From NCBI GenBank assembly GCA_001890965.1, contig MLAY01000008.1:424341-488340 (forward strand): a stretch of 64,000 bases of DNA, written 5' to 3'. Within the stretch, counting starts at the first letter, position 1; each line of letters opens with the position of its first letter. Shown piece after piece: positions 20,374 through 29,400 of the stretch. This stretch comes from a marine bacterium AO1-C (lineage in GTDB: Bacteria; Bacteroidota; Bacteroidia; Cytophagales; Microscillaceae). The position numbers and the translations under genes were made by a program. A model generated the notes under the pieces. The model was given only the letters and a program-made list of their open reading frames with translations. It was not told the origin of the DNA and ran no database searches.

Positions 20374-20521
20374 AGTACAAAAGAGGTTACAAGCAATAAG
20401 TGAACGTTTGCTGCTCTACCTACTGAGCTACTCTCGTGAGTAATTAAGTTTGCACGAGAGGTGGGACTCGAACCCACGACCCACCGATTAACTGTCGAAG
20501 TAACACTCATTTACGACACTC
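20374..20521 (-). ncRNA. Permuted/split tRNA-like unit c. Acceptor 3' strand CTCTCGT, loop, acceptor 5' strand ACGAGAG, D-arm GCTCAGTAGGTAGAGC. The anticodon arm is degenerate.
   Basis: Acceptor pairs across the loop; T-arm GTGGGTTCGAGTCCCAC. Confidence 0.45.
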
Positions 20522-20524
20522 TTT

Positions 20525-20600
20525 TGGTTCGCCTGATGGGACTCGAACCCACGACCCTCTGATTAAAAGTCAGATACTCTACCAACTAAGCTACAAGCGA
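20525..20600 (-). tRNA. tRNA-Lys(TTT)
   Basis: Cloverleaf; CCA encoded. Confidence 0.85.
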
Positions 20601-20605
20601 ATTTG

Positions 20606-20684
20606 CACGGATGGAAGGAATCGAACCTTCTTCATTATTTTTGGGCTTTTGGAGACCATAGCTCTACCATTGAGCTACATCCGT
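20606..20684 (-). tRNA. tRNA-Trp(CCA)-like variant; the 3' side of the anticodon stem is replaced or extended, so it is possibly a pseudogene
   Basis: Acceptor, D-arm and T-arm intact; anticodon stem unpaired. Confidence 0.5.
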
Positions 20685-20737
20685 GTATAGTTATTTTCTC
20701 AAACCTGTCAGAATTCTAAACCCGACAGGGTTAAAAG

Positions 20738-20811
20738 TTCGTCCGGTGGGACTCGAACCCACGACCTTCTGATTAAAAGTCAGATGCTCTACGCAACTAA
20801 GCTACGAACGA
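20738..20811 (-). tRNA. tRNA-Lys(TTT)
   Basis: Cloverleaf; no CCA. Confidence 0.8.
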
Positions 20812-20814
20812 ATG

Positions 20815-20889
20815 TGGCGGGAATGGCAGGAATCGAACCTGCGTCCGCTGTTTAACAGACAGCCGCTAAAACCACTCAGCTACACTCCC
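20815..20889 (-). tRNA. tRNA-Asn(GTT)
   Basis: Cloverleaf. Confidence 0.85.
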
Positions 20890-20926
20890 AAATTGTAGAC
20901 CTGACCAATATCAAGTCCATCATTCG

Positions 20927-20997
20927 CACGGATGGAAGGAATCGAACCCTCGTCGTTGGTTTTGGAGACCATAGCTCTACCATTGAGCTACATCCGT
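20927..20997 (-). tRNA. tRNA-Trp(CCA)
   Basis: Anticodon loop CTCCAAA. Confidence 0.8.
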
Positions 20998-21050
20998 GTA
21001 TAGTTATTTTATCAGACCTGTCAGAATTTTAAACCCGACAGGGTTAAAAG

Positions 21051-21124
21051 TTCGTCCGGTGGGATTCGAACCCACGACCTTCTGATTAAAAGTCAGATGC
21101 TCTACGCAACTAAGCTACGAACGA
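21051..21124 (-). tRNA. tRNA-Lys(TTT)
   Basis: Cloverleaf. Confidence 0.8.
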
Positions 21125-21127
21125 ATG

Positions 21128-21202
21128 TGGCGGGAATGGCAGGGATCGAACCTGCGTCCGCTGTTTAACAGACAGCCGCTAAAACCACTCAGCTACACTC
21201 CC
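21128..21202 (-). tRNA. tRNA-Asn(GTT)
   Basis: Cloverleaf. Confidence 0.85.
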
Positions 21203-21239
21203 AAATTGTAGACCTGACCAATGCCAGGTCTATTATTTG

Positions 21240-21312
21240 CGCGGATGGAAGGAATCGAACCCTCACCTCTGGTGTTGGAGACCAGCATTCTAAAACATTG
21301 AACTACACCCGC
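21240..21312 (-). tRNA. tRNA-Trp(CCA)
   Basis: Cloverleaf. Confidence 0.8.
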
Positions 21313-21460
21313 AGTACAAAAGAGGTTACAAGCAATAAGTGAACGTTTGCTGCTCTACCTACTGAGCTACTCTCGTGAGTAATTAAGTTTGCACGAGAGG
21401 TGGGACTCGAACCCACGACCCACCGATTAACTGTCGAAGTAACACTCATTTACGACACTC
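21313..21460 (-). ncRNA. Permuted/split tRNA-like unit c' (duplicate of unit c)
   Basis: Near-identical to 20374..20521. Confidence 0.45.
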
Positions 21461-21463
21461 TTT

Positions 21464-21539
21464 TGGTTCGCCTGGTGGGACTCGAACCCACGACCCTCTG
21501 ATTAAAAGTCAGATACTCTACCAACTAAGCTACAAGCGA
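21464..21539 (-). tRNA. tRNA-Lys(TTT)
   Basis: Cloverleaf. Confidence 0.85.
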
Positions 21540-21544
21540 ATTTG

Positions 21545-21624
21545 CACGGATGGAAGGAATCGAACCTTCTTCACTATTTTTTTGGGTTTTGGAGACCATA
21601 GCTCTACCATTGAGCTACATCCGT
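21545..21624 (-). tRNA. tRNA-Trp(CCA)-like variant (duplicate of 20606..20684)
   Basis: Anticodon stem disrupted. Confidence 0.5.
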
Positions 21625-21637
21625 GTGTAATTATTTG

Positions 21638-21709
21638 CGGGAATGGTAGGGTTCGAACCTACGTGTGTCCGCTTAACAGGCGGGTGCTAAACCACTCAGC
21701 TACACTCCC
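21638..21709 (-). tRNA. tRNA-Asn(GTT) variant with a divergent anticodon stem and T-arm
   Basis: Anticodon loop CTGTTAA. Confidence 0.7.
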
Positions 21710-21753
21710 AAGTTTTATTATTTTTTATTTGGTTCACTTATTTGTGGATGGCA

Positions 21754-21787
21754 TAAAAAAACCTCTTTGCGAATAACAAAGAGGTTT
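21754..21787 (-). terminator. Minus-strand terminator separating the upstream tRNA set from the duplicated Lys-Asn-Trp blocks
   Basis: aacctctttg...caaagaggtt stem followed by T7 on the minus strand. Confidence 0.6.
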
Positions 21788-21963
21788 AGCAGTATTCATA
21801 GAATATAAGAATAATACAACAAACTTCTTTATCACTCCAGGCAGTTACCCCACCACTTTTTATAATTCTTGTATTTATTATTATTCCAGTTCATTGCTAT
21901 AAATATTTTATATTAAAGTTAAAACTTACATTGTACTTTTTAAAAGATATAATAACCCTGTAG

Positions 21964-22036
21964 TTGCGTCAGAAGGAGTCGAACCCTCACCTTCTGGGTC
22001 GAAACCAGAAATTCTAATCCATTAAACTATGACGCA
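21964..22036 (-). tRNA. tRNA-Arg(TCG)
   Basis: Anticodon loop TTTCGAC. Confidence 0.8.
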
Positions 22037-22050
22037 ATATGTAATTCCAG

Positions 22051-22123
22051 TTGCGCTGGAAGGAGTCGAACCCTCATCCTCCGGGTAGAAACCGGACATT
22101 CTAATCCATTGAACTACAGCGCA
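22051..22123 (-). tRNA. tRNA-Arg(TCT)
   Basis: Anticodon loop TTTCTAC. Confidence 0.8.
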
Positions 22124-22137
22124 ATATGTAACTCTAG

Positions 22138-22210
22138 TTGCGCTGGAAGGAATCGAACCTTCATCTCATGCTTCGTAGACAAGTGTTCTAATCCGTTGAA
22201 CTACAGCGCA
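22138..22210 (-). tRNA. tRNA-Arg(ACG)
   Basis: Anticodon loop CTACGAA. Confidence 0.75.
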
Positions 22211-22215
22211 AGGTG

Positions 22216-22289
22216 GCACTCCGTTGGGAATCGAACCCAATTGCCCTGTTTCACAGACAGGGGCGTCAACCATTTTCGCCTCAGAGTGC
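22216..22289 (-). tRNA. tRNA-His(GTG) with G-1
   Basis: Anticodon loop CTGTGAA; an extra 5' G pairs with C73. Confidence 0.8.
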
Positions 22290-22298
22290 ATATATATG

Positions 22299-22372
22299 TC
22301 GGATAGGCAGGATTCGAACCTACGTGCTCTGGCATCCCGGGCCAGCGAAGACGACCACTCTTCCACTATCCG
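22299..22372 (-). tRNA. tRNA-Pro(GGG) with an unusual C33
   Basis: Acceptor CGGATAG; anticodon loop CCGGGAT. Confidence 0.65.
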
Positions 22373-22401
22373 ATATTCAAAGTATGTTGTTCATACTTTT
22401 G

Positions 22402-22475
22402 TCGGATAGGCAGGGTTCGAACCTGCGTTCTCTGGAGTCCAAGACCAGCGAGGATGACCACTCCTCCACTATCCG
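22402..22475 (-). tRNA. tRNA-Pro(TGG)
   Basis: Anticodon loop CTTGGAC. Confidence 0.8.
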
Positions 22476-22505
22476 ATTATAAATCTCTAATTATCAGTGT
22501 TTTAG

Positions 22506-22579
22506 TCGGATAGGCAAGATTCGAACTTGCGTACTCTAGTACCCAAAACTAGCGAGATAAACCACTCCTCTACTATCCG
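22506..22579 (-). tRNA. tRNA-Pro(TGG)-like (G37; 3-bp D-stem)
   Basis: Anticodon loop TTTGGGT. Confidence 0.6.
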
Positions 22580-22585
22580 ATGATT

Positions 22586-22662
22586 TGGTGTACCCTGAAG
22601 GATTTGAACCTTCAATCCCCTGGGTATGAGCCAGGTGCTTTCACCATTTAAGCTAAGGGTAC
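22586..22662 (-). tRNA. tRNA-Met(CAT), elongator type (possibly Ile2)
   Basis: Anticodon loop CTCATAC; G1-C72; CCA encoded. Confidence 0.8.
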
Positions 22663-22680
22663 TGCTGTGACCATTGGCTA

Positions 22681-22718
22681 CAAAAAAAGCCTTACTTCAA
22701 TTGAGGCAAGGCTTTTTG
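22681..22718. terminator. Bidirectional Rho-independent terminator
   Basis: aaagcctt...aaggcttt stem flanked by an A-run and a T-run. Confidence 0.6.
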
Positions 22719-22888
22719 GAGATGGGTAATCTCTACGGTTTACTGCAGTCATAGCAGTAGCCTTGCCGTTTTGGGTTTCTTTATCCGTATCGGATGCCAA
22801 CGGTGTTTTCTATTAATGGTGTTATATCTTGTCGGGACAATCATTGTTATCTTGTTTTCTATATTATTTTGCTTCAAATTTCTTTTAG

Positions 22889-22961
22889 AGCACCCACAAG
22901 GAATCGAACCTTGATCCACTGATTACAAGTCAGTTATTCTAAGCCGTTGAACTACAGGTGC
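22889..22961 (-). tRNA. tRNA-Thr(TGT)
   Basis: Anticodon loop CTTGTAA. Confidence 0.8.
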
Positions 22962-22985
22962 TTATATTATTCATCATTTGCTTGG

Positions 22986-23058
22986 AGCACCTACAAGGAA
23001 TCGAACCTTGATCCATTGATTACTAAACAATAATTTTAAACCGTTAAACTATAGGTGC
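22986..23058 (-). tRNA. tRNA-Thr-like with an atypical anticodon loop (TTAGTAA gives AGT, or a 9-nt loop); possibly a pseudogene
   Basis: Paralog of 22889..22961. Confidence 0.5.
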
Positions 23059-23066
23059 TATTACTC

Positions 23067-23143
23067 TGGTATGCTCTGGGGGACTCGAACCCCCGATTAC
23101 TTGTGTATCAGACAAGTGCCTTGACCAACTTGGCTAAGAGCAT
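23067..23143 (-). tRNA. tRNA-Ile(GAT)
   Basis: Anticodon loop CTGATAC; CCA encoded. Confidence 0.85.
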
Positions 23144-23198
23144 ATTGAATGTTAATCTTTCTTTGATCTCTTATTTATCCTTTTGCTGCTTGATGTCA

Positions 23199-23239
23199 CA
23201 AAAAAAAGCCTTGCAGTTTCTCAGCGAATCTGCAAGGCT
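23199..23239 (-). terminator. Minus-strand Rho-independent terminator upstream of the tRNA array
   Basis: agccttgcag...ctgcaaggct 10-bp stem followed by T8 on the minus strand. Confidence 0.6.
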
Positions 23240-23754
23240 CTCGGTGTATATTTGGTTGTTTGTTTTCTCTTCTGTGTCTTTAAACCGTCATTGTTGCTTT
23301 CTTTTTAGGTTCTTAGACTTTCCGTTGCAAACATATTCACCTCATTGGCCTTGCAGAATCCGGGGCGTCTCGTAATCCGCTTGTGATTCCACGGCTTATT
23401 TATTATTGGGGTGATATGTTTTTGTTTTAGTAACATAATGATACAAAGGTAATAACGTGATTTTTACTATGCAAGTTTTAAGCGTAATTTTTTTATTTTT
23501 TATTTCATTTTCAACTTTAAAAGTAAAACAAATATTCAAAAACTTACTTAACTATTGATACGACAAAGTAAAAGAAAGGTTTTCAAAATCACAAATATTT
23601 TTCTAAAAACAATTAATTAACAAGGATAATACCAATATTAAATAAATACAATTACTAACATATACATAAGTTTGTGGTCTAAAATTCAATACGTTAGTTC
23701 CAAAAAATTTACTTACTTTGGTTTTGTATTCTACCATCAACAAAATCTACAAAA

Positions 23755-24255
23755 ATGAAATTCCGTCTCTCTTATGTGTTTATGGTTTGCATTTTGGCTG
23801 CTATTGTAAGCTGCAAAAAACCCAATAAAACCACTGATAAACCAGTCGTTATTAAATCGCTTTGGCAAGTAGATGCTAAAAAAAGCTATGCTTCAGAAGA
23901 GAAAGTTGTAATCAAATTCAAAAATATCAGTCCACAAGCTCTTACTATTTATGATCCTTTGATGGTAGAAGTAGAACAAAAACTGGCCAATGAAGGCTCT
24001 AAAACACAATGGAAAAAAGTACGTTGGTTGTATTGCCCCTGTGGTGCTTCTTGCCCTCCCCCACCTCGTACTATGGACATTGACCAAGATCAAACTAAGA
24101 CCTTTGTGTGGAATAAAATAGAAAAGTGGTGTGATGCCCAAGGCAAAACCGCTCAACAAAAGGCAACTCAAGGAACCTATCGCTTAAAACTCACTTATAA
24201 AAACCCAAAAACTTCAGAAAGGGAAATCCATTACCAAGAATTCAACATTGAATAA
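23755..24255 (+). CDS. Cys-rich lipoprotein, function unknown
   Basis: Lipobox VSC; 166 aa. Confidence 0.5.
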   Translation: MKFRLSYVFMVCILAAIVSCKKPNKTTDKPVVIKSLWQVDAKKSYASEEKVVIKFKNISPQALTIYDPLMVEVEQKLANEGSKTQWKKVRWLYCPCGASCPPPPRTMDIDQDQTKTFVWNKIEKWCDAQGKTAQQKATQGTYRLKLTYKNPKTSEREIHYQEFNIE

Positions 24256-24258
24256 ACG

Positions 24259-25863
24259 CTATTTTGATCCTCTTCTGGTTTGCTGGAAATTTCTAAGCTG
24301 TTGCTGAATCTTAGCAATATCTCGTTTGAATTTAGATTTACGAATCTGTTCATAGATTTTGCGGAATCCCGAGGAACCCAATTGACGCAAACTCTCCACA
24401 ATCGTACTTTTAACAGGGTGAGGATACTCATCGTACTTACGAATGGTTTTAAAAGCCGGGAAATTGGCATTTTGCTCCAGTTCTTTTTCCAAATAAGTAT
24501 CGGTAAGCCCTAATTGCTGACGAATGGACTTAAACTGAGGTGCTACAAACATATAGTCGGTGTGGGTAAACCAAGAATTGAGTTCGTGTCGATAAAAATC
24601 ACCCTGAAGGTGAGAACTACCAGCTAAATCTACCACGTCATTATCAGCAATATTATGCGTTACTTGAGGGCGATTTTTTTGTCGAGCAAATTGCGCAGCT
24701 GAATCTCTGTCAATTCCAGGAGCTTGAAAGGTAACTACCCGATTGGCCACTCCAGGAAAATAAGCTGCAGCATACTGGGCTAAAGCACCACCTAAGCTAT
24801 GTCCGGTAAAATCAGCTTTTCCTCCAGCATCCTTGATTATTTGCAAAATCAAATTGGCATTCTTGTATAATTGATCAAAGCCTACACCCACAGGGTTCAA
24901 ATCAGTGGTAATATCTTCTATATGAGTGGGTTGTGTTCCTCGAAAGGCAATCACTGGATTTTTGGATAATCCTCGTAATGGTTGAATACGCACTGCATCG
25001 AAGTCTTGCTTGCCGTGATATACACGAGCGGTACGCAGATCATACCCCATTCTCCGTAAAATCTTATTAGCCTGTTGCCACGGCTTGCTGGGGCTGTTTG
25101 TTTGGCCTTGATTGATAAAATCTTCGTCTTTATAAGCCAGAAAGTGCGCCAGGTATTCAAAGGATACATTTTCTACCCCCAACTCTTCAGCATAGCTATG
25201 TACATCTTGCTGAAATTCGTAAAAAATAGGTGCTTGTCCTTTTTTACTGGCCTTACATACAATTTTGTGGGTGCCAGGAAAACCTGCCTTAAAGCTTCCC
25301 GTAGCCGAAGAAGTGCCTTTGGCCATCGTAGAGCTTTTTTTATCATAAGCCCCTGTGGTATTGAAGTCATTGACTGCATACCATTGGTAGCTATCATATT
25401 TTTGCCCCAGTTGGTACGAAACTCTATCACCTGGATATACTGCTTTGCCTGTATGGCTACTCTTAATGCCACTTCTTTTTACTGTAAAGTTGGTGGCTGA
25501 TTCTTTGGGAAGGTAAGCCCCAAAACCCGCAGATTTTAGCTGATAAGCAGCAAACTGCCAGTCTTCATCACTCCAAAAGCTCTTCATTTCGTCCCGCAAT
25601 CGTGGGATGAACTTTTCTTTGTAGGTAGCTTCATACTGAGCAATGACCATTTTTAACTGCTGATGTGGCAAGTTTAATACCCGATGAACGGTTTGTTCGT
25701 CGGTGCCCAGTCCTGAAAAAGCTTCGTGAATTTGTCCTACCAGATCTCCAGTTGATTCTTCGGTAGAGTTGGGTATAAATCGATTGGTGAGTTGTTGGCT
25801 GGTAGACTGTTGGTCTTGCACCATTGTCTCCTCCGACTTCAAAAGTTGCGTTTTCCCAGGCAT
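24259..25863 (-). CDS. Class-3 lipase-family alpha/beta hydrolase with an N-terminal annexin-like GLGTDE motif; no signal peptide
   Basis: FTGHSLGGALAQYAAAY nucleophile elbow. Confidence 0.65.
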   Translation of the reverse strand: MPGKTQLLKSEETMVQDQQSTSQQLTNRFIPNSTEESTGDLVGQIHEAFSGLGTDEQTVHRVLNLPHQQLKMVIAQYEATYKEKFIPRLRDEMKSFWSDEDWQFAAYQLKSAGFGAYLPKESATNFTVKRSGIKSSHTGKAVYPGDRVSYQLGQKYDSYQWYAVNDFNTTGAYDKKSSTMAKGTSSATGSFKAGFPGTHKIVCKASKKGQAPIFYEFQQDVHSYAEELGVENVSFEYLAHFLAYKDEDFINQGQTNSPSKPWQQANKILRRMGYDLRTARVYHGKQDFDAVRIQPLRGLSKNPVIAFRGTQPTHIEDITTDLNPVGVGFDQLYKNANLILQIIKDAGGKADFTGHSLGGALAQYAAAYFPGVANRVVTFQAPGIDRDSAAQFARQKNRPQVTHNIADNDVVDLAGSSHLQGDFYRHELNSWFTHTDYMFVAPQFKSIRQQLGLTDTYLEKELEQNANFPAFKTIRKYDEYPHPVKSTIVESLRQLGSSGFRKIYEQIRKSKFKRDIAKIQQQLRNFQQTRRGSK

Positions 25864-26486
25864 AGTGAATGACTTTGCGAGTTCTTATGTTCTTGGTTAG
25901 TGATTTTTTTGGTATTTCCTCTCAATACTTATTAGTTGAGGTGTGCATTTTATCAACCTCTATCTGAAAAGACCTGAATAAAGTATTTTTTTGGCTACAC
26001 AACTATAGCAAAAGTAATGCTAAAGCCAAACAATTTACTGGCTTTTAACACGAATTAGGATATTAACTCGTAGCACTCTTTTCATTTGCAAAATATAATT
26101 TCTATAAACAAGTGTTAGTTAGGATTATTTAGTATTTGAGTACTAATTGAAGATTATATATTACTTTTTATTTATAAAATTCAATATAGAGGTATTTTTC
26201 AGCAATAAAGAGGAACTCTTACCGATAAAAGACAATTACTTTTGCCATAAGTGATATTTGTAATATACAAGGATAAATTTATCCAATACTCATCTCAGGC
26301 ATACTCAGGCACTTCTTAAAAATCATTTGGGTCCCACGTATTATCGCAACAATAACCGCTTTCTAGCCTGATTGGCAGAGCCTTTAATTGTTGTCCATGG
26401 ATATCTATGCGCTATTATTTCTAGTACCAAATACAATCAATAAAGAAGTCAGTGATGGCTTCTGATACTTAACCCTAACATTTCCA

Positions 26487-29400
26487 ATGAAACGAATCAT
26501 TATTACTCTAATTTTTATTTTGGGGTTGTTGCCTATAATGCCCCAAACGTATGCGCAAGTAGACTTTAGAGAGGAAACTATTTACTTCCTCTTAACTACC
26601 CGTTTTTTTGACGGAGACCCAAGCAATAATGTCCCCAATGAATGGAGTTCATATAATCCTGATCCAAACATCAACCCTACGATTACTGACCCTAATGATG
26701 TAACCTGGCGAGGAGATTTCAAGGGATTGATTCAAAAGCTAGACTATATCAAAGATTTGGGCTTTACGGCTATTTGGATCACGCCCATTGTACAGAACCG
26801 CAGTCCTTTGGATTATCACGGATATCACGCTTATGATTTTACCAAAGTAGATCCTCGTTTAGAGTCACCTGGGGCCACTTTTCAGGATTTGATTAATGCG
26901 GTGCACGCCCGCGGGATGAAAATCGTACTGGATATTGTAACCAATCACGCAGGGCGTTTTGGTATAAAAAACGTTGCCGAAATAAAGTACAATACCGACC
27001 CTACCAAGCCTTGGGGGCAAGACAAAAATGGTAACCCTTTGCAACCTAACCCCAACTGGACTTATGATGGAATTACGCCTAATCCAGATGATGGAAAAAT
27101 TTGGAGTAGAGCGAATCTTCCAACAATGCCCCCTCCTTACAATCAAAACCTGGCGGCTTTTCAGTGGCCTTCTAAGGAATCCTATGTAGACACCAGCGAT
27201 CCTAATTGGTATCATCATTCAGGAAATGGGTTTGCTCAAGGATTCGACGACACAGAAAACCTACATAATAGAGCTTTGGCAGGTGATACGCCCGACTTAA
27301 ATACAGGTAGTCAAGCGGTACGCGATTATTTGATTGCGGCTTATACCAAATTTATCAATATGGGGGTAGATGCATTTCGTTGGGACACTATGAAGCATAT
27401 GAGCAAAGAAGATGTGCTTTATTTCAAAGATGCGTTCCATAGTGTTAATCCTAATTTATTCATTTTTGGAGAGGTAGCTCAGTTGAGACACGAACTTCAT
27501 AATCTGGAAGAAATCAATCCCCATTACTATACTTGGCGAGGTGCTGTAGGACAATCGGCCAACTCAGACATTGCCGTATTGGACTTCTTTGCTGAGGCCA
27601 CTTTTCACGGAGTATTTGAGGAAGGGCGTAACTTCTCAGAAGTAACGGCAGCAGCTCGCTACGATCACTTATACAGCGATCCTTCTACGCTATTGACTTG
27701 GTTAGACAACCACGACTTTGGCCCTAATAATGATTGGAACCGACGTTATGGAGGTACTGAGGAAAATCTGGCAGCTTGTATGAATTTTATGTTTACGTGG
27801 CGAGGTATCCCAGTAGTATATTATGGTACCGAAATTCAATTCATGAAAGGGGCTTATGCCGACATTCACAATGCGGCTGGTATAGAGCAATCTATTGACC
27901 TCACTGGACGGGCTTATTACGGTGATCAATTCGCCAATGCACCCAATCATATCATTTATCAACATATTAAAAAACTCAATGCCATTCGCCGAGCTGTACC
28001 CGCTTTGCAAAAAGGATCATATCGCTGGGATGGTAACGGTGGCGGTAGAGCTATAGGTTATGTGCGCAAGCACGGCGATAGCGAAGTAGCAGTGGGGTTA
28101 GCCAAAGATGGTGGGGCTAGTTTTACTTTTTCGGGGCTCACCAATGGTATTTACCGTGACGCTGTAACTGGAGCCGAGATATCGGTAACCAATGGCTCAT
28201 TAAGTTTTTCGGTTACTTCTGGTTCGGCGGGTATTTATGTACTCAATGGCCCTGGAATGATTGGAGGCAATGGTGTGGGTTATTTTCAACCAGGCAATGG
28301 TAGCAGTGCACCTATAGTAAGTGCCAGCCCAGCTTCTGGAGTGTATTCTTCACCTATACAGGTAACACTTTCTGCTTCTTCGAGCAATAACCCAGTTACT
28401 ATTTATTATACAACCGATGGCAGCAACCCTACAACCAATAGTGCTCAATATACAGGCGCAATTAACGTGGCTTCTACCAGTACAATTAAAGCTCTGGCCG
28501 TTGATAATCAAGGGGGTCAATCCCAGGTTTTATCTCAAAGTTACGTAATTGGTGACGCTGGATTTTCGGTATATCTCAAAAAAGATCCAAGCTGGAATCA
28601 AGCCCGTATTCATCATTGGGGGGCACAACCTGCGGGCATATTGAGCGATAGCAACTGGCCAGGAGTAATTATGACCGATGTAGGCAATGGATGGTATCGC
28701 TTTGATTTCAACGGAGTTATCAGTAGCAACCTATTGTTTCACGACAATGCGGGCAACAAAACAATAGATATGTCCCGAAATAAAGATGGATGGTACCAGG
28801 ACGGGCAATGGTTCGATCAAGACCCCAGAGTTTCGGTCAATCTTCCGCCAAGCTTGACAGTGACTCCAGGAGGAGGTAATTTTTCGGTAGGACAATCCAT
28901 ACAAGTTACTTTGGCCAGTTCCGATGACAATGATCCCTCCCCTGTCATTTATTACACATTAGATGGTAGTACTCCAAGCACTAGTTCTACGTCATACAGC
29001 GGCTCAATCAACCTTACTCAAACTACTACTCTAAAAGCAATCGCGGTAGATAACCAAGGCTTGGCTTCTTCGGTAGCTACTCATACTTATACCTTTACTA
29101 CTGCCCCCAGTGGATTAACGGTTCATTTTAAACCCAATGGCTATAACAATCCTACGATTTATTATTGGGCAGTAACGCCTAGTGGACAAACTACTACCTG
29201 GCCAGGGGTGTCTATGACAGATGAAGGTGATGGATGGTATGGTTTTACGTTGGCAGGCGCCAATTGCGCCAATATAATTTTTAGTAATAACGGTGGCAGT
29301 CAAACCCCAGACTTATCCAGATGCAGTGAAGGATGGTATGTAGACGGCGTATGGTATGACCAAAAACCAACGCCTGCTGCTGGTCTTACGATTCATTTTA

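Noticed and set aside
20100-21710. A periodic repeat structure that could be mistaken for a CRISPR array
   Set aside because: The repeat units are about 75 nt with tRNA cloverleaf features (T-loop TTCGA, anticodon loops). The spacers are themselves repeated. These are tandem tRNA gene duplications, not CRISPR repeats and spacers.
21582-23375. ORFs 21582..21776, 22109..22306, 22166..22366, 22213..22482, 22224..22409 and 23055..23375
   Set aside because: They overlap tRNA genes on the opposite or same strand and are translations of tRNA sequence. They are spurious.
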